A DNA stretch of 64,000 bases from Candidatus Marinacidobacterales bacterium (GCA_965219415.1 CBDCNP010000002.1:4416001-4480000), one strand, 5' to 3'. Positions 42,197 to 55,160 are shown, counted from the stretch's first letter. The notes: generated by a model from the letters alone, not told the origin. Numbers and translations are program-made.

Positions 42197-42993
42197 GGCC
42201 AGACGATTGTAAAGCCCACGGCCCTTGGCCCGGTCGCAAACACAGACACTAAGCTGCTGATTTATGGCCTATTTCAAAAGGGCTGAGTTCTGGCACAGGA
42301 CGGGGTAGATCTACGTCAGAGGGTTCACAGCCCTGACGTGGTGAATCAGCAGAAAACCCAGATGCGCGTCCGTCGCGGTTCCCGTCCTGTGCCAAAACTC
42401 GGCCCAGCCGGCATCGACGAAAGAACTGCGCCTCTCGAAATCAGGCTAAAATTCTAGCACGCGAACAGGTTACGCGGCGGCCGCCAACACTTGACTGCGG
42501 AAGCACCCATCGGTGCATCGGTTGCGTGACCTTCATCATTATTGTGGTCGGCACCCTGAGCATCAGCGGGGGAACCGTCCAGCGCAGCGGGCTTCTGGTC
42601 AGGCTCCATCGTTGTCCTCCGCCGTGATTCGGCCACGGGTGCTCCGCGATAGGCGGGGCGGACACGGACTCTATGCCGTCCTGTGCCAAAACTCGGCCCT
42701 TTTGAAAGACCATGGCTGTAATTTAATGCACCGTAAAGTCTCAGTGTCATTTTACCAACACTTAATGGCGGAAGCACCCATGAGGTCTGTGTGAGCGGCA
42801 GGGCTGCCCGATCGAACAACGGTTGCCTGACCAACAGTAGGAATTGCACATGGTACGTCATGATGGACCCGAAGATAACACCCTCGGGCCAGACGATTGT
42901 AAAGCCCACGGCCCTTGGCACCATCGCAAAACACAGACGCTAAGCTGCTGATTTATCGGCTATTTCAAGAGGGCCGAGTTTTGGCACAGGACG
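42197..42993. repeat. Dense linker cluster: reverse A/IS-B leader (to 42302), H (42383-42507), G (42512-42676), A stub (42677), D2 half (42713-42778), reverse IS-B start (to 42993)
   Basis: All modules match other copies in the window. Confidence 0.88.
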
Positions 42994-43001
42994 GGGTTAA
43001 A

Positions 43002-44048
43002 CTAACGCGGACCTATCTCGACGTTTCGGTAGACCGCACCCACGATCGATTCCCGTCGCTCCTGGATGCCGAGTTCCACGTAAAGCACTGCCGTTTTGTA
43101 GGCGCGTCTGTAATTGATGCGGATCACGCTCTGCCCTTGCAAAAAAACGCGGACCACATGACCATCGCCTTCTTTCCCCCATTCGAGCCGCCAGCGGTAC
43201 ACTGTGTTGGCGTTCCACTCAATGAAATTGAATCCTCGATCAGATTCTTCGCCGTTGGAGATCCAGCGGAGGCGAACGAACGGGGGATTATGCCGCCGGT
43301 CCAGCTTCTGTAGGTGCACCCGAAACGGGTTAGTGCGATACCGTCCCTCGGTCGGATCCCACATTCCTAACAGCATGAACTGATCCGGAGACGCGTTGAG
43401 TGGTTTGAGCCCCAAATTCTCCCACTCCACGAAGCCTTTCACCAAACTCGAGAGTTCGTAGCGGATGAAATCCTCGCTCCTGGTCACTTCCCACCCTCGA
43501 GGGGTGAACTTGCCACCACTCACCTGACCCAACGAGGTGCCGTTGGTGAGGGGGTCCACGATCTCCTCCGTCACCTCTGGCTCGGTTGGTGGCGGGGGCG
43601 GCGTGGCGTTCGGGTTTACGGTGAACCAAGAATTGCTGAACGGTCCCTCTCGATTCTCGAGATGTGCCTGAACCCTCCAATGATAGTCGCCTTCTGGAAG
43701 CGCCGACGGCACACGCCACTGGGCACGCCCATTTCCGCGCGGCTCGACCCTGCCCGAAGCTGCGATCAAACCGTCGAATCGGGAGTTTCGGGACACCTGA
43801 AACGTGTAGACCGCTCCCGGGGCATTGGTCGCGTCGCCAGCGATCAGGGTTGGGCGGATACCCACTTCCTCGCCGGCATCCGGCTTGTAAAGGGTCGGTG
43901 CGCCGAGGACGGGGCCCGGTTGATCGTCACCCGGAGGGGGATCACTGCCAATCGGGGTTTCGCCGCCCAAGCAGGACAACTGAAAGAGCAAAAGAACGAA
44001 AGGCGGGAAAACGTATTTCGGTTGCTGAAGTAAGAAACCTCGTTTCAT
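43002..44048 (-). CDS. Hypothetical exported protein/lipoprotein with Ig-like domain and Pro-rich linker
   Basis: Long ORF, possible lipobox QLSC, YTFQVS...YHWRVQA; start uncertain. Confidence 0.7.
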   Translation of the reverse strand: MKRGFLLQQPKYVFPPFVLLLFQLSCLGGETPIGSDPPPGDDQPGPVLGAPTLYKPDAGEEVGIRPTLIAGDATNAPGAVYTFQVSRNSRFDGLIAASGRVEPRGNGRAQWRVPSALPEGDYHWRVQAHLENREGPFSNSWFTVNPNATPPPPPTEPEVTEEIVDPLTNGTSLGQVSGGKFTPRGWEVTRSEDFIRYELSSLVKGFVEWENLGLKPLNASPDQFMLLGMWDPTEGRYRTNPFRVHLQKLDRRHNPPFVRLRWISNGEESDRGFNFIEWNANTVYRWRLEWGKEGDGHVVRVFLQGQSVIRINYRRAYKTAVLYVELGIQERRESIVGAVYRNVEIGPR

Positions 44049-44227
44049 GATCGACATCATCCGGCAAACGATGCGCGGCACGCGTGTATCTAGCGCCGAC
44101 AACCTGCTGGCCCTCCACCTGCTCGAATCTCCGAAGCTCGGTAAGCCCATCACCATCCTACATCACTGCACGCATGACGGTCGAGCCTTGCGCCTGCTGA
44201 CGCTAGTCGACGAATACACCAAGGAGT

Positions 44228-45195
44228 CGTGAGGTCAAAATACTCATGCGGCTTCCCGATGGTAGAAACGTAGTAACCCGCCAAGCCGTTCACGGGAGCG
44301 CACCTTGCGCTCGGACTGAGGTAACTGGTCGCTGGCTGGGAACAGCAGCAGATTCTCCTTGCCTTGATGATTCCTCTCGTGGTGATAGTAGACGACGTAC
44401 TCCCTAAGCGCATGACGGAGCGACTTCTCGCCGAACAGGATGAGCTTCGAGAGACATTCCTCTTTGACTGACTTCACCCAGCGCTCCGCGAACGAGTTCA
44501 AATCCGGGCTCCGTGCGGGCAGCTTGACGGGCGCGACGCCAACCGCCTCGATGGTCCGGTGGAACGACTCGCAGAACTTCGTGTCTCGGTCGTGAATGAG
44601 GTATCGGCTCGAGGACAGAAAGCCGACATCCGCCATGGTCACGTTGCGAGCCACTTGAGTCATCCAACTGTTCGTTCGGATGCGGCGTGATGCCGGCAAC
44701 GTGGACTCGACGGGTAGCCAGGTGTATGAAGAACAGAACGTAGTACGTCACCAACCCGCCCTGAGTCCACACTTCCGTGGTGAAAAAATCTGTTGCCGCG
44801 AGGACGTCCATGTGCGAGCGGATGAACTCCCTCCACGTCGTGGTCTTACGACGCTCTGGTGCGAGCGGAATGCCGTGGCGTTTCAGAATGTTACCGACGG
44901 TTTGATCGGCTACTTCATGCCCGAGGTTGGCTAGCGCCCCGGCAATCCGGTCGTAACCCCAGGATTTGTTCTCCTTGGCGAGACGCACCACCAGTTCTTC
45001 GATGTCGGCGTCGACCCGCGGTCGCCCTGGATACTGACGGTTCTTGGAGCCATCGAACTTCTTCGCGACAAGCCTCCGGTGCCAACCTAGGATCGTGTCG
45101 GGGTTCACGATACTCGCGACCTCATCAAGGGCTTGCTTACCCAGACGCTTTCCGAGCTCGGCCAGAGACCGCCGTTCGCCATCGGTCAGAGTCGG
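44228..45195 (-). mobile_element. IS-D: 5'-truncated, frameshifted rve transposase with right end CGTGAGGTCAAAATACT
   Basis: ORFs 44404-45234 and 44244-44699: KFDGS, WGYDRI, TDFFT, HDRD, AERWV, RLGGLL. Confidence 0.88.
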
Positions 45196-45204
45196 GGCAC
45201 CACG

Positions 45205-45397
45205 TCGAGGGGTTGATGTAGTACGACTGGCCATAGTGTTTCCGGATGTGGTCTACAAGCTTCTGCCCGTCGTCCGCATAACCGCCGTCCACAACGTATA
45301 TACAGTCGCCGCCGTTGTGGCGTCGGCGGACTGCGATGGCGTCTCCACTGCCGCTGTCCCCTGCCTCGATGAAGTCGATTTCGATGAAGTCCGTCAT
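45205..45397 (-). pseudogene. 5' stub of a ComEC-like metallo-beta-lactamase-fold protein
   Basis: IDFIEAG..SGDAI...VVDGGY, fused onto IS-D sequence. Confidence 0.7.
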
Positions 45398-45713
45398 CTC
45401 AAGCGCTCTTGTTGCTCTTCTTGTTGCCCGAACGCGTACCCAGGGACGATCCCTTGCACGACATGACCTTGCCTTCGAAGTCGAGCGAGAGCGCTTCACC
45501 TTGCCACCACTCTCGGTCCACGCCATCGAGGGTGGCAGGTACGACGTGCACGAGGTCTCCAGCGCGATAGCCTTCGGACAGCGCGACTATTGCTGCTGTC
45601 CTACTCATCTCTTGAGGTCAAAATGTTGCGATTCGCGGTCGAGCAGGCATCCAAGTATGCCTCACCGCACGGCTTGATCTGCCAAAGGCACTGTGTCCAT
45701 CCCCGAGACCTGC

Positions 45714-46609
45714 TCAACTGGCCTCGAACGTAAACTGAACTCGATAGATGCCTACGCCCTGTGGTATCCCCCCACCAATCCACACCTCATAGCGCCCAGA
45801 GCGGTTGAGTTTCTTCTTCGTGCGCACGGTCCCTCTGCCCATGTCGCCTTCTATTTTTTTCCCGTCGGGAGCCACGACCGTTGTGTGGAGCAACGCGAGT
45901 CCGCGCTGTTTCTCGACGTTAATAATCAACTCACCTGGCTGCTCGATCTCAAGTAGGTAGCATCGTTGAAGGCACCGGCTGTGCTCTTGTCAAGCGTAGC
46001 GGGCATGAGCACATCACCTGCGCCCAAGCGCCCGGTCGTCGAGAAGCTGTGGCTTTCAATCATCTGGTGTTCGTCACTCTCACGATGGTTCGCGGAACTT
46101 TCTCTTCGGAGGAACTGCGCGTATTCCGTCCACCCACGGGCGCTCTCGATGTATCGGTTCCCGTCTCTCCATTGGTTTATGGCCGCTTGGTAGTCCTGGA
46201 TGGCAAGAGCGAACGCCAGCTTCACATCTGCCCATTCGTCGCCGGTCGACTTGATATAGCTTGTTACCGTAGGCATCGTTTCGACGAGCCTCTCGTTGAA
46301 CTGCTCCCGCAAGAGACCGATCTCAAGTGAAGCTTGAAACTCCTCGATTGCGGCGAAGGCGGATTTGAATTCTGTTGACTCACTCTCAACATCGTCACTG
46401 CCTTCTAGTTTGCCCGCGAAAGAAATGTACTTGACGTTGTCAGTCGGAATGCTGATTTTCTGCCCCGCGATCACAACGGAAACAGAGTCGTTGGTCGCCC
46501 CGCCGAACGTACCCTCAACCGAGTCTCCATCTTTCGTTGCGACAGAAACTTTCCGTTCTTGTGCTATGGCAATCCCTACCGTCGCGCCCAGGACGGCGAC
46601 GAAACACAT
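45714..46609 (-). pseudogene. Hypothetical exported protein, apparently frameshifted near 45950
   Basis: Signal-like N-terminus; continues in ORF 45714-45929. Confidence 0.5.
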
Positions 46610-46688
46610 GAGTGTTTGACTACAGTGCAGAGTACTTTCCCCTCTCAGTGAGTGTGACACAGGTTTGGTTGAGCTTCCAATGCTACCT

Positions 46689-46868
46689 CGTCCTGTGCCA
46701 AAACTTGATCCACTGGTAACGTTACAAGCGACCAGTTGACGCGGCGTGGACGGTGGGGCCTGCAACAACCATTGAGCGGAGCTACCCTCCTTGGTCCGGT
46801 CGCAAACACAGATACTAAGCTGCTGATTTATAGTCTATTTCAAAAGGGCCGAGTTTTGGCACAGGACG
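46689..46868. mobile_element. MITE A-A (180 bp) with perfect 17-bp TIR CGTCCTGTGCCAAAACT
   Basis: TIRs seen directly; no TSD. Confidence 0.9.
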
Positions 46869-46893
46869 GGGGGGCCATCAGGCCGTGGAAAAC

Positions 46894-46971
46894 TTGACAG
46901 CAATGGCACCGCCCGCGTGGGCGGAGGTCATCGGGGAGTGACCGAAATTCGTTCGTTCACTCGAAAGTACC
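46894..46971. repeat. 78-bp two-hairpin repeat, copy 1
   Basis: Near-identical to 53168-53244. Confidence 0.85.
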
Positions 46972-46993
46972 AAATAACTACTATCTCGTACGA

Positions 46994-47020
46994 TTAGCGC
47001 TCGGGTGTGTAGAGTGCTAA
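46994..47020. promoter_or_regulatory. CIRCE element (HrcA operator)
   Basis: TTAGCGCTC-N9-GAGTGCTAA, one mismatch to consensus, upstream of hsp20-groES-groEL. Confidence 0.92.
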
Positions 47021-47044
47021 TATGTCGAGGTTGATGAATTACAC

Positions 47045-47490
47045 ATGCCACTCGCCCATTGGGACCCCGTGCGTGAGCTTCTTGCGCTCCAAGAACGGAT
47101 GAACCGGCTAATCGATCAGACGCTGTCGCGCACGCGCTCCGAGGGGGAGTTCTCGACCACAGGGGCATGGTCCCCCGCCGTGGATCTCTACGAAGCCCAA
47201 AAGAGCCTCGTTCTCAAGGCCGAGCTCGCCGAAGTAGATCAAGACGACATCGAGCTTCACATCGACGACGATCGAGTGACGCTGTAAGGCAAGCGCCCGG
47301 TCAACGAAGCCATCAACGAGAAACGGTTCGTACGATGGAACGTTCCTACGGCCCGTTCCATCGTACGTTCGAGCTCCCGACGAGCATCGAAACGGACAGA
47401 GTAAAGGCCGATTTCAAGAAGGGCATTCTGGCGGTGATCATGCCGAAGAAGGCGAGCGAGAAAAGCCGTCAGATTCCCATCAGTAGTTGA
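47045..47490 (+). pseudogene. Hsp20/alpha-crystallin small heat-shock protein, in-frame stop at 47285 plus frameshift
   Basis: WDPVREL..LQERMNRL, WSPAVDLYE / ERSYGPFHRTFELP, GIL.VIMPK. Confidence 0.88.
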
Positions 47491-47551
47491 CCGCCGTCGG
47501 GAGCTCGACCCCGCCGACAGGTCCTGAAAAACAAGGAGGAGTAATCGAGAG

Positions 47552-47842
47552 ATGAAGATCAAACCGATAAAGGACAACATTGTCGTGAAGCGGATCGAGG
47601 AGATAGACGAGAAGAAAGTCGGATCCATCATCATTCCCGACACGGCGAAGGAAAAGCCGATGACGGCCGAAGTCATAGCTATCGGATCGGGCCGGACTTT
47701 GAATGACGGAAAGAAGGTTGCGCTCGAGGTGAAGGTGGGCGACAGAGTGCTCATCGGCAAGTACTCGGGCTCGGAAGTGAAACTGAACGGAACTGAGTAC
47801 CTCATCCTCAAAGAGGACGAAGTACTCGGCATCGTGGAATAG
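47552..47842 (+). CDS. groES: Co-chaperonin GroES
   Basis: IIIPDTAKEKP, VKVGDRVLIGKYSGSEV. Confidence 0.98.
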   Translation: MKIKPIKDNIVVKRIEEIDEKKVGSIIIPDTAKEKPMTAEVIAIGSGRTLNDGKKVALEVKVGDRVLIGKYSGSEVKLNGTEYLILKEDEVLGIVE

Positions 47843-47858
47843 CTTGGAGGTATTGTAA

Positions 47859-49511
<1,653 letters not shown>

Positions 49512-49528
49512 GCTACACACTTCCCGAG

Positions 49529-49561
49529 AGCCCGGGTCGCTCACGCGGCCCGGGCTTTTTT
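49529..49561 (+). terminator. Rho-independent terminator after groEL
   Basis: AGCCCGGGTCGC-TCAC-GCGGCCCGGGCT followed by a T run. Confidence 0.9.
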
Positions 49562-50067
49562 CGTTCCCGGTAGGGTCGAGGGCTGGCGCGGTGCTCCGTA
49601 GGCGCGGCCTATCTGTTTCTCCCCGTTTCCTGTGGGAGTTGTGCTCCGCGAAAAGTCGATCCAGCATCGATTGCGCGGTTTAGATCTGCCATGAGAGGGG
49701 AATACGGTGGCGGCGAAGACCGGACACATACCGGCGCGGGGCCGAGCTGGAGCGGGACAACCGGAAGATCGATGTCAACGTCGCGGTTAGCTATGCGCTC
49801 GACGAGCGGCTGGGGGTGTGGGTCCCCGTCGAGATGAGAGAGGCCTACGGCGACGGGCGACGACCGCTTGATGCACGGCCACCTATCACAACTACCGGCG
49901 TTTCGGTGTCGACGCCCGCGTGCTGACGCCCTGCGACTAGCTATCCCACCGGTGCTTGCGTTGTTTGCTGTTGGTGATGTGTACGTATCCCTTTGCAAAA
50001 AAAGCGCTTACGCTCCATTTACTGTGCGGCGAAGGTCGTGAGCGCTATTTTGGCTGTAATTTAATGC

Positions 50068-51527
50068 GGGGATGTCCCGCCGGATGTTGAATTTGGGGTA
50101 GCGGCGGCTCCTTGGCCGGCCTAAGAATAGGTCTGCCAAACAACCGTCTCCAGAGGGGGACAAGGAGCCACCAATGCCTAGGAAATCAAAGAAGCCAGTA
50201 AGAAAGCAAACGCACTCGCCTACGGGCAAGGTAGTTGGCCAAGTCGGTCAGATACTGCTACCGATGATAGCTGGGATCGCGGCCACGAAGGCGGAACTGA
50301 CGGAATGGGTGTACGAGCAAGGACTGACAGCTCTGCACCTACTGCTCAGAGAGGACGCCGAGGAGATCGCGGGGCTCAAGGGCAAGCACGAGAAGGAGCG
50401 AACTCATAACCACTGGGGGAGCACGAACGGAGAGCTGAGCTTCGGTGGTCGTCGCATCCAAGTGTCGCGACCTCGAGTTCGCTCGAAGTCGGGCGAGGAG
50501 GCGTCGCTTCCACACTTCGAAGCCTTCCGCGAAGAAGACCCGCTTCCAGAGCGAGCGTTGAATCAGATCTTGGTGGGGGTATCGACCCGAAATTACGAAT
50601 CGAGTCTGGACAAACCCGCGGCCAAGTTGAAGTCTCGTGGCACGAGTAAGAGTGCCGCCAGCCGTCACCTCGTGAGCCAGACGACTAAGAAGCTCGAGGA
50701 ATACCTGTCTCGGCGGCTAGAGGAGTTCGAGCTTGCGGCACTGATGCTGGATGGCCTTGAGGTGGCCGGACAGACCGTCGTCGTAACTCTAGGTATCACA
50801 ATAGATGGAACGAAGGTGCCCCTGGGTATATGGCTGGGCTCGACGGAGAACTCTCGGGTGTGCACCGCGATGTTGCAGGACCTTCTCGAGCGGGGCTTGC
50901 GCGTCGATGAGTCGATTCTCTGCGTAGTGGACGGAGGCAAAGGCATCCGCAAGGCACTCGTCGACGTTTTGGGGGACCTCGCGGTCATCCAAAGGTGCCA
51001 GATCCATAAACTCCGGAATCTTCGCTCGTACCTTCCCAAGTCTCGTCACGCCTACGTGCTCCAGACGATGAAGGAAGCCTACAAGTGCAAGAGTGCCGAC
51101 AAGGCGCGCAAGCGACTTCAGGCATTGGTGTCGTGGCTCGAGCGAAACGGCTACGACGAAGCTGCCGGAAGCCTTCGTGAAGGGATGGAAGAGACACTCA
51201 CGGTCGTGAAGCTCGCGCTGCCCGCCTTACTTCGCCAGTCTCTTGCCACGACGAACGCCATTGAGAATCTCAACGGAACCATTCGCAGAGTATCGAGAAA
51301 CCTCAAGCGTTGGAAGAGTCCTTCCATGGTTCGCCGATGGACCGCTCTTGGCGTCGTCACCGCGCAGAAAAAGTTCCGGCGTATCAAAGGCTATCGCCAT
51401 ATGGGCGCTCTCGTTCACGCGCTTAGAAGCAAACAGAAATCTCTTGACAGCGATGAGTTTGCTGCCTAAGAGTATTCACAGGTGCCGCCGCTACCCGACC
51501 AAATTCAACAGCGGCCGGGACATCCCC
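50068..51527 (+). mobile_element. IS256-family element, imperfect 27-bp TIR GGGGATGTCCCG...TGTTGAATTT, 8-bp TSD TTTAATGC
   Basis: TIR and TSD (50060-67, 51528-35) seen directly. Confidence 0.95.
50174..51469 (+). CDS. IS256-family transposase
   Basis: GVSTR, LMLDG, VVDGGKG, QRCQIHK, TTNAIEN. Confidence 0.95.
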   Translation: MPRKSKKPVRKQTHSPTGKVVGQVGQILLPMIAGIAATKAELTEWVYEQGLTALHLLLREDAEEIAGLKGKHEKERTHNHWGSTNGELSFGGRRIQVSRPRVRSKSGEEASLPHFEAFREEDPLPERALNQILVGVSTRNYESSLDKPAAKLKSRGTSKSAASRHLVSQTTKKLEEYLSRRLEEFELAALMLDGLEVAGQTVVVTLGITIDGTKVPLGIWLGSTENSRVCTAMLQDLLERGLRVDESILCVVDGGKGIRKALVDVLGDLAVIQRCQIHKLRNLRSYLPKSRHAYVLQTMKEAYKCKSADKARKRLQALVSWLERNGYDEAAGSLREGMEETLTVVKLALPALLRQSLATTNAIENLNGTIRRVSRNLKRWKSPSMVRRWTALGVVTAQKKFRRIKGYRHMGALVHALRSKQKSLDSDEFAA

Positions 51528-51606
51528 TTTAATGCAGCGTAAAGTCTTAGCGTCATCTCACCAACACTTAATAGCGGAAGCACCCATCACAGCAAAAGGG
51601 TCACTT

Positions 51607-52083
51607 TCAGCTCTTCTGGTCCTTCGTTTTCGATTCCGCGCGCGTAGGAACGACGGAGGGCTCGTAGGTTGAGTTATCAATGATGGATAACCCCAGGAGC
51701 TTCGCGCGTTCGATGATACGGACTCCGGTCTCTTGTCGTTCGGCGACCGCCCGGAACTCAACGGACAGCGCACGAAGAACTCCGCCCTTGATGTTCACAA
51801 GCGCAGCGTCGCCCTCGCGTGTTCGCAATATCTCCGCTTCCATCGAAAGCGCTTTGGAACTGTTGCGTAACGTCAAGCCCGCACCTGTTCGAGCCACGGG
51901 TCGGGAGCGGTCATGCTGGATGGTCAACGAGACATCGGCGCTGTAAACGTCGAAAGCATGAGGCTCAAACTTCTCCTCGCCCCAAGGCAATACGGCGACG
52001 ACGCCATAGGCCAAGACAACTCCCGAGATGCGGCGCCCGTCTTCTGCCTGGAGTTCGATCGCAAAACGCTGCTCAGATTTCAT
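51607..52083 (-). CDS. HK97-family phage prohead protease
   Basis: EKFEPHAF, QHDRSRPVART, ALSVEF, AKLLGLSII. Confidence 0.75.
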   Translation of the reverse strand: MKSEQRFAIELQAEDGRRISGVVLAYGVVAVLPWGEEKFEPHAFDVYSADVSLTIQHDRSRPVARTGAGLTLRNSSKALSMEAEILRTREGDAALVNIKGGVLRALSVEFRAVAERQETGVRIIERAKLLGLSIIDNSTYEPSVVPTRAESKTKDQKS

Positions 52084-52152
52084 CTAGACGGTGCTTTCGT
52101 CATCAGGTGTTGTTAAGCGGCTGCCGGCATGGCAGGATGCCGGGAGAGACCG

Positions 52153-53049
52153 CGTCCTGTGCCAAAACTCGGCCCAGCCGGCATTGACGAAAGAACTGCG
52201 CCTCTCGAAATCAGGCTAAAATTCTAGCACGCGAACAGGTTACGCGGCGGCCGCCAACACTTGACTGCGGAAGCACCCATCGGTGCATCGGTTGCGTGAC
52301 CTTCATCATTATTGTGGTCGGCACCCTGAGCATCAGCGGGGGAACCGTCCAGCGCAGCGGGCTTCTGGTCAGGCTCCATCGTTGTCCTCCGCCGTGATTC
52401 GGCCACGGGTGCTCCGCGATAGGCGGGGCGGACACGGACTCTATGCAGTCGGACGCGGATGCCCGAACTCGTCTACTGGATGACCCGCCGCCAATAGCGC
52501 CTTCTGAATACTCCGCAGAACATCGGGTGCTTTCAGCATTTCGCTACTAAAGTGAGGATTGGAGGGGAGCACCAAGTCGCATACACGTCCATTTTTATCC
52601 AGTTTGTAGAATATGACAGTGGCTTGTCGGTGCTTCCGCCATTAAGTGTTGGTGAGATGACGCTAAGACTTTACGCTGCATTAAATTACAGCCAAAATAG
52701 AGCTCACGACCTTCGCCGCGCGCTAAATGGAGCGTAAGCGTGTTTTTTGCAAAGGGATACGTACATATCACCAACAGCAAACAGCGCAAGCACCGGACGG
52801 TGTTTCCCAGCGCGTACGGGGGAACCCGAATCGCCGCCTGCGGGGCGCACTCAAGAACCTCAAACACAGACACTAAGCTGCTGATTTATGGTCTATTTCA
52901 AAAGGGCCGAGTTTTGGCACAGGACGGGGAACCCGAATCGCCGACATCGCCTCCGACACACCCCAGAACTGGGGCTCGCCACAAGTCGATGACGATCGAA
53001 ACGGCCCGGCGCGCCAGTCTTGAGTTCGTTTGTGTTTTTGGACAGGACG
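52153..53049. repeat. Linker cluster: H (52153-52277), G (52282-52446), reverse D2 (52629-52794), reverse A (to 52926), reverse E (to 53049)
   Basis: Matches other copies in the window. Confidence 0.88.
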
Positions 53050-53175
53050 GGGATCGGTGGTACAGCCAGACCGCGGCGTGGATGATGATTTCGGGCAGAA
53101 ATCGATATCCGCGGTAGCTCGGCGTGTCCCTTTTCATCCGCCCAGTCTGTCAGACGCCAGCCCCAATTTGACAGC
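53050..53175 (-). mobile_element. IS6-family left-end stub
   Basis: MKRDTPSYRGYRFLPEII.HAAVWLYHR; CTGTCAAATT end-like sequence. Confidence 0.75.
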
Positions 53176-53244
53176 AATGGCACCGCCCGCGTGGGCGGAG
53201 GTCATCGGGGAGTGACCGAAATCGTTCGTTCACTCGAAAGTACC
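53168..53244. repeat. 78-bp two-hairpin repeat, copy 2
   Basis: Near-identical to 46894-46971. Confidence 0.85.
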
Positions 53245-53439
53245 CAGGTGCGTGGCGGCCGCCACGGTCGGATGACTTTCCGTGGCGTGCTGACGCGCGA
53301 TACTGCCGTGCCGCTCGCTGGTCCGACAGAAATCCTTTAGAGTATTTACGTAACGTCTACTGGGCGAGACTTCACGGGCCGGGATCTGTTGGGGCCGCAT
53401 CGCCTCCCGTAGACCACGCCATCGATCGGAGAACGACAC

Positions 53440-54855
53440 ATGTCAGAGCCGCGCGGCCATTGGAGTTCGAACACCGGCTTAATTCTCGCCGCGACCGGGA
53501 GCGCGATCGGCCTCGGCAACCTGTGGAAGTTTCCGTTCGTCACGTGGGAGAACAACGGCGGGGCCTTCGTCCTCGTGTACCTCGTGTGCATCGCCGCCGT
53601 GGGCCTGCCCATCATGATGGCCGAACTGCTGATCGGGCGAGCGACGCAGAAGAGCGTGGTCGGGGCGCTCAAGCAGGCCATCGGGCCGGCGTGGGGCATC
53701 GTTGGCCTCTGGGGCGTGCTCTGCGGCTTTCTGCTGCTCAGCTACTACACGGTGATTGCGGGCTGGTCGCTCTTCTACTTCGCCAAGTCCGCGGGCTGGT
53801 CGGTCGGTGGATTCCCGGCGGGCGCCTCGATGGGCGAGCTGTTCGGTGCGCAGGCGGCCAATGGCGGCCTGCAGCTTGGCTTGTCTCTCGGGTTCAGTAT
53901 CGCCACGGTCTCGGTCGTCTACTTCGGCGTCCAAAAGGGCATCGAGCGCATCGCGCGTGTCTTTCTGCCGATTCTCTTCGGGATCCTCGTCTTGCTGCTC
54001 GTCTCCGCCTTGGAGATGGCCGGGGCCGGTGAGGCGCTCCGCTTCATCTTCCTGCCGCGCTTCGGCGAGTTGGATGGGGGGAGCGTCCTCGAGGCGCTCG
54101 GCCACGCGTTCTTCACGCTCTCGCTCGGCATGGGCACGATGGTGACGTACGGCTCGTACATCGCAACGCATCAGTCGATCGTGAAAGCCTCGGCGATCAT
54201 CGTCGTGCTCGATACGCTGATCGCACTCGTGGCCACGGTGATCATGTTCTCGGTGATCTTCAGCGTGCCGGGTATGGATGAGCAGGTCAGCGGCACGGGC
54301 ACTGTGGGGATGCTCTTCATCTCGCTGCCGCAGCTGTTCTTCACCGAGGTCCCGTTCGGGGCATTCCTGGGGCCACTCTTCTACGTGCTGGTGGCCCTCG
54401 CGGCGCTCACCTCGACGATGTCGCTACTGGAAGTGGTCGCTGCCTACGTGATCGACGAACACCACATGCCGCGGGCCACGGCGACGCTGCTGTGTGGCGG
54501 TGCGGTGTTTGCCTTCACGGTCCTCGCCGCGTTGTCGTTCGGTGGTGTCGGCGCGATCACCGAGCTCCAACTCGGCGGCGCGCTCGGCCAGATGCTCTTC
54601 GGCGGCAAGGCGAGCTGGTTCGGCATGGTCGACCACTTCGTGTCGAACTGGATGCTCCCGACCGGGGGATTTGCGATCACGATCGCGGCGGGCTGGTTCC
54701 TGACGCGCAAGTACACCGAGCGGGAGCTCGTGGATGGCTCAGAACCCAGGTGGTTCAACTATGGAGCGTGGCGGTTCTTCATTCAGTTCGTGTCGCCGCT
54801 GGCCGTGGCGGCGATCATCATCGCGGTGCTGTTCTTCGGGGTGGACTTCAGCTAG
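53440..54855 (+). CDS. Sodium-dependent transporter, NSS/SNF (LeuT/MhsT-like)
   Basis: GSAIGLGNLWKFP, NGGAF, GIERI, AFFTLSLG, AALTS.MSLLE. Confidence 0.95.
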   Translation: MSEPRGHWSSNTGLILAATGSAIGLGNLWKFPFVTWENNGGAFVLVYLVCIAAVGLPIMMAELLIGRATQKSVVGALKQAIGPAWGIVGLWGVLCGFLLLSYYTVIAGWSLFYFAKSAGWSVGGFPAGASMGELFGAQAANGGLQLGLSLGFSIATVSVVYFGVQKGIERIARVFLPILFGILVLLLVSALEMAGAGEALRFIFLPRFGELDGGSVLEALGHAFFTLSLGMGTMVTYGSYIATHQSIVKASAIIVVLDTLIALVATVIMFSVIFSVPGMDEQVSGTGTVGMLFISLPQLFFTEVPFGAFLGPLFYVLVALAALTSTMSLLEVVAAYVIDEHHMPRATATLLCGGAVFAFTVLAALSFGGVGAITELQLGGALGQMLFGGKASWFGMVDHFVSNWMLPTGGFAITIAAGWFLTRKYTERELVDGSEPRWFNYGAWRFFIQFVSPLAVAAIIIAVLFFGVDFS

Positions 54856-54962
54856 GGCTAGGCAACATCTGATTTTCCGGTATTGACCACGTTGGCCGCT
54901 GGCTGTTGTGATCCGCAAAAAAGAAAACCGGCCAGAAGCAGCCGACTATGGTAGGTCTAACC

Positions 54963-55160
54963 CGTCCTGTGCCAAAACTCGGCCCAGCCGGCATTGACGA
55001 AAGAACTGCGCCTCTCGAAATCAGGCTAAGACTCTAGCACGCGAACAGGTTACGCGGCGGTCGCCAAACACTTGACTGCGGAAGCACCCTAAATGGATCG
55101 TAAGCGCTTTTTTTGCAAAGGGATACGTACACATCACCAACAGCAAACAGCGCAAGCACC
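54963..55160. repeat. H module (54963-55088) abutting a partial reverse D2
   Basis: Matches other copies in the window. Confidence 0.88.

Larger units (their letters stand above)
49951..51584. mobile_element. MITE D2 interrupted by IS256
   Basis: Halves 49951-50067 and 51528-51584 rejoin to D2. Confidence 0.9.
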
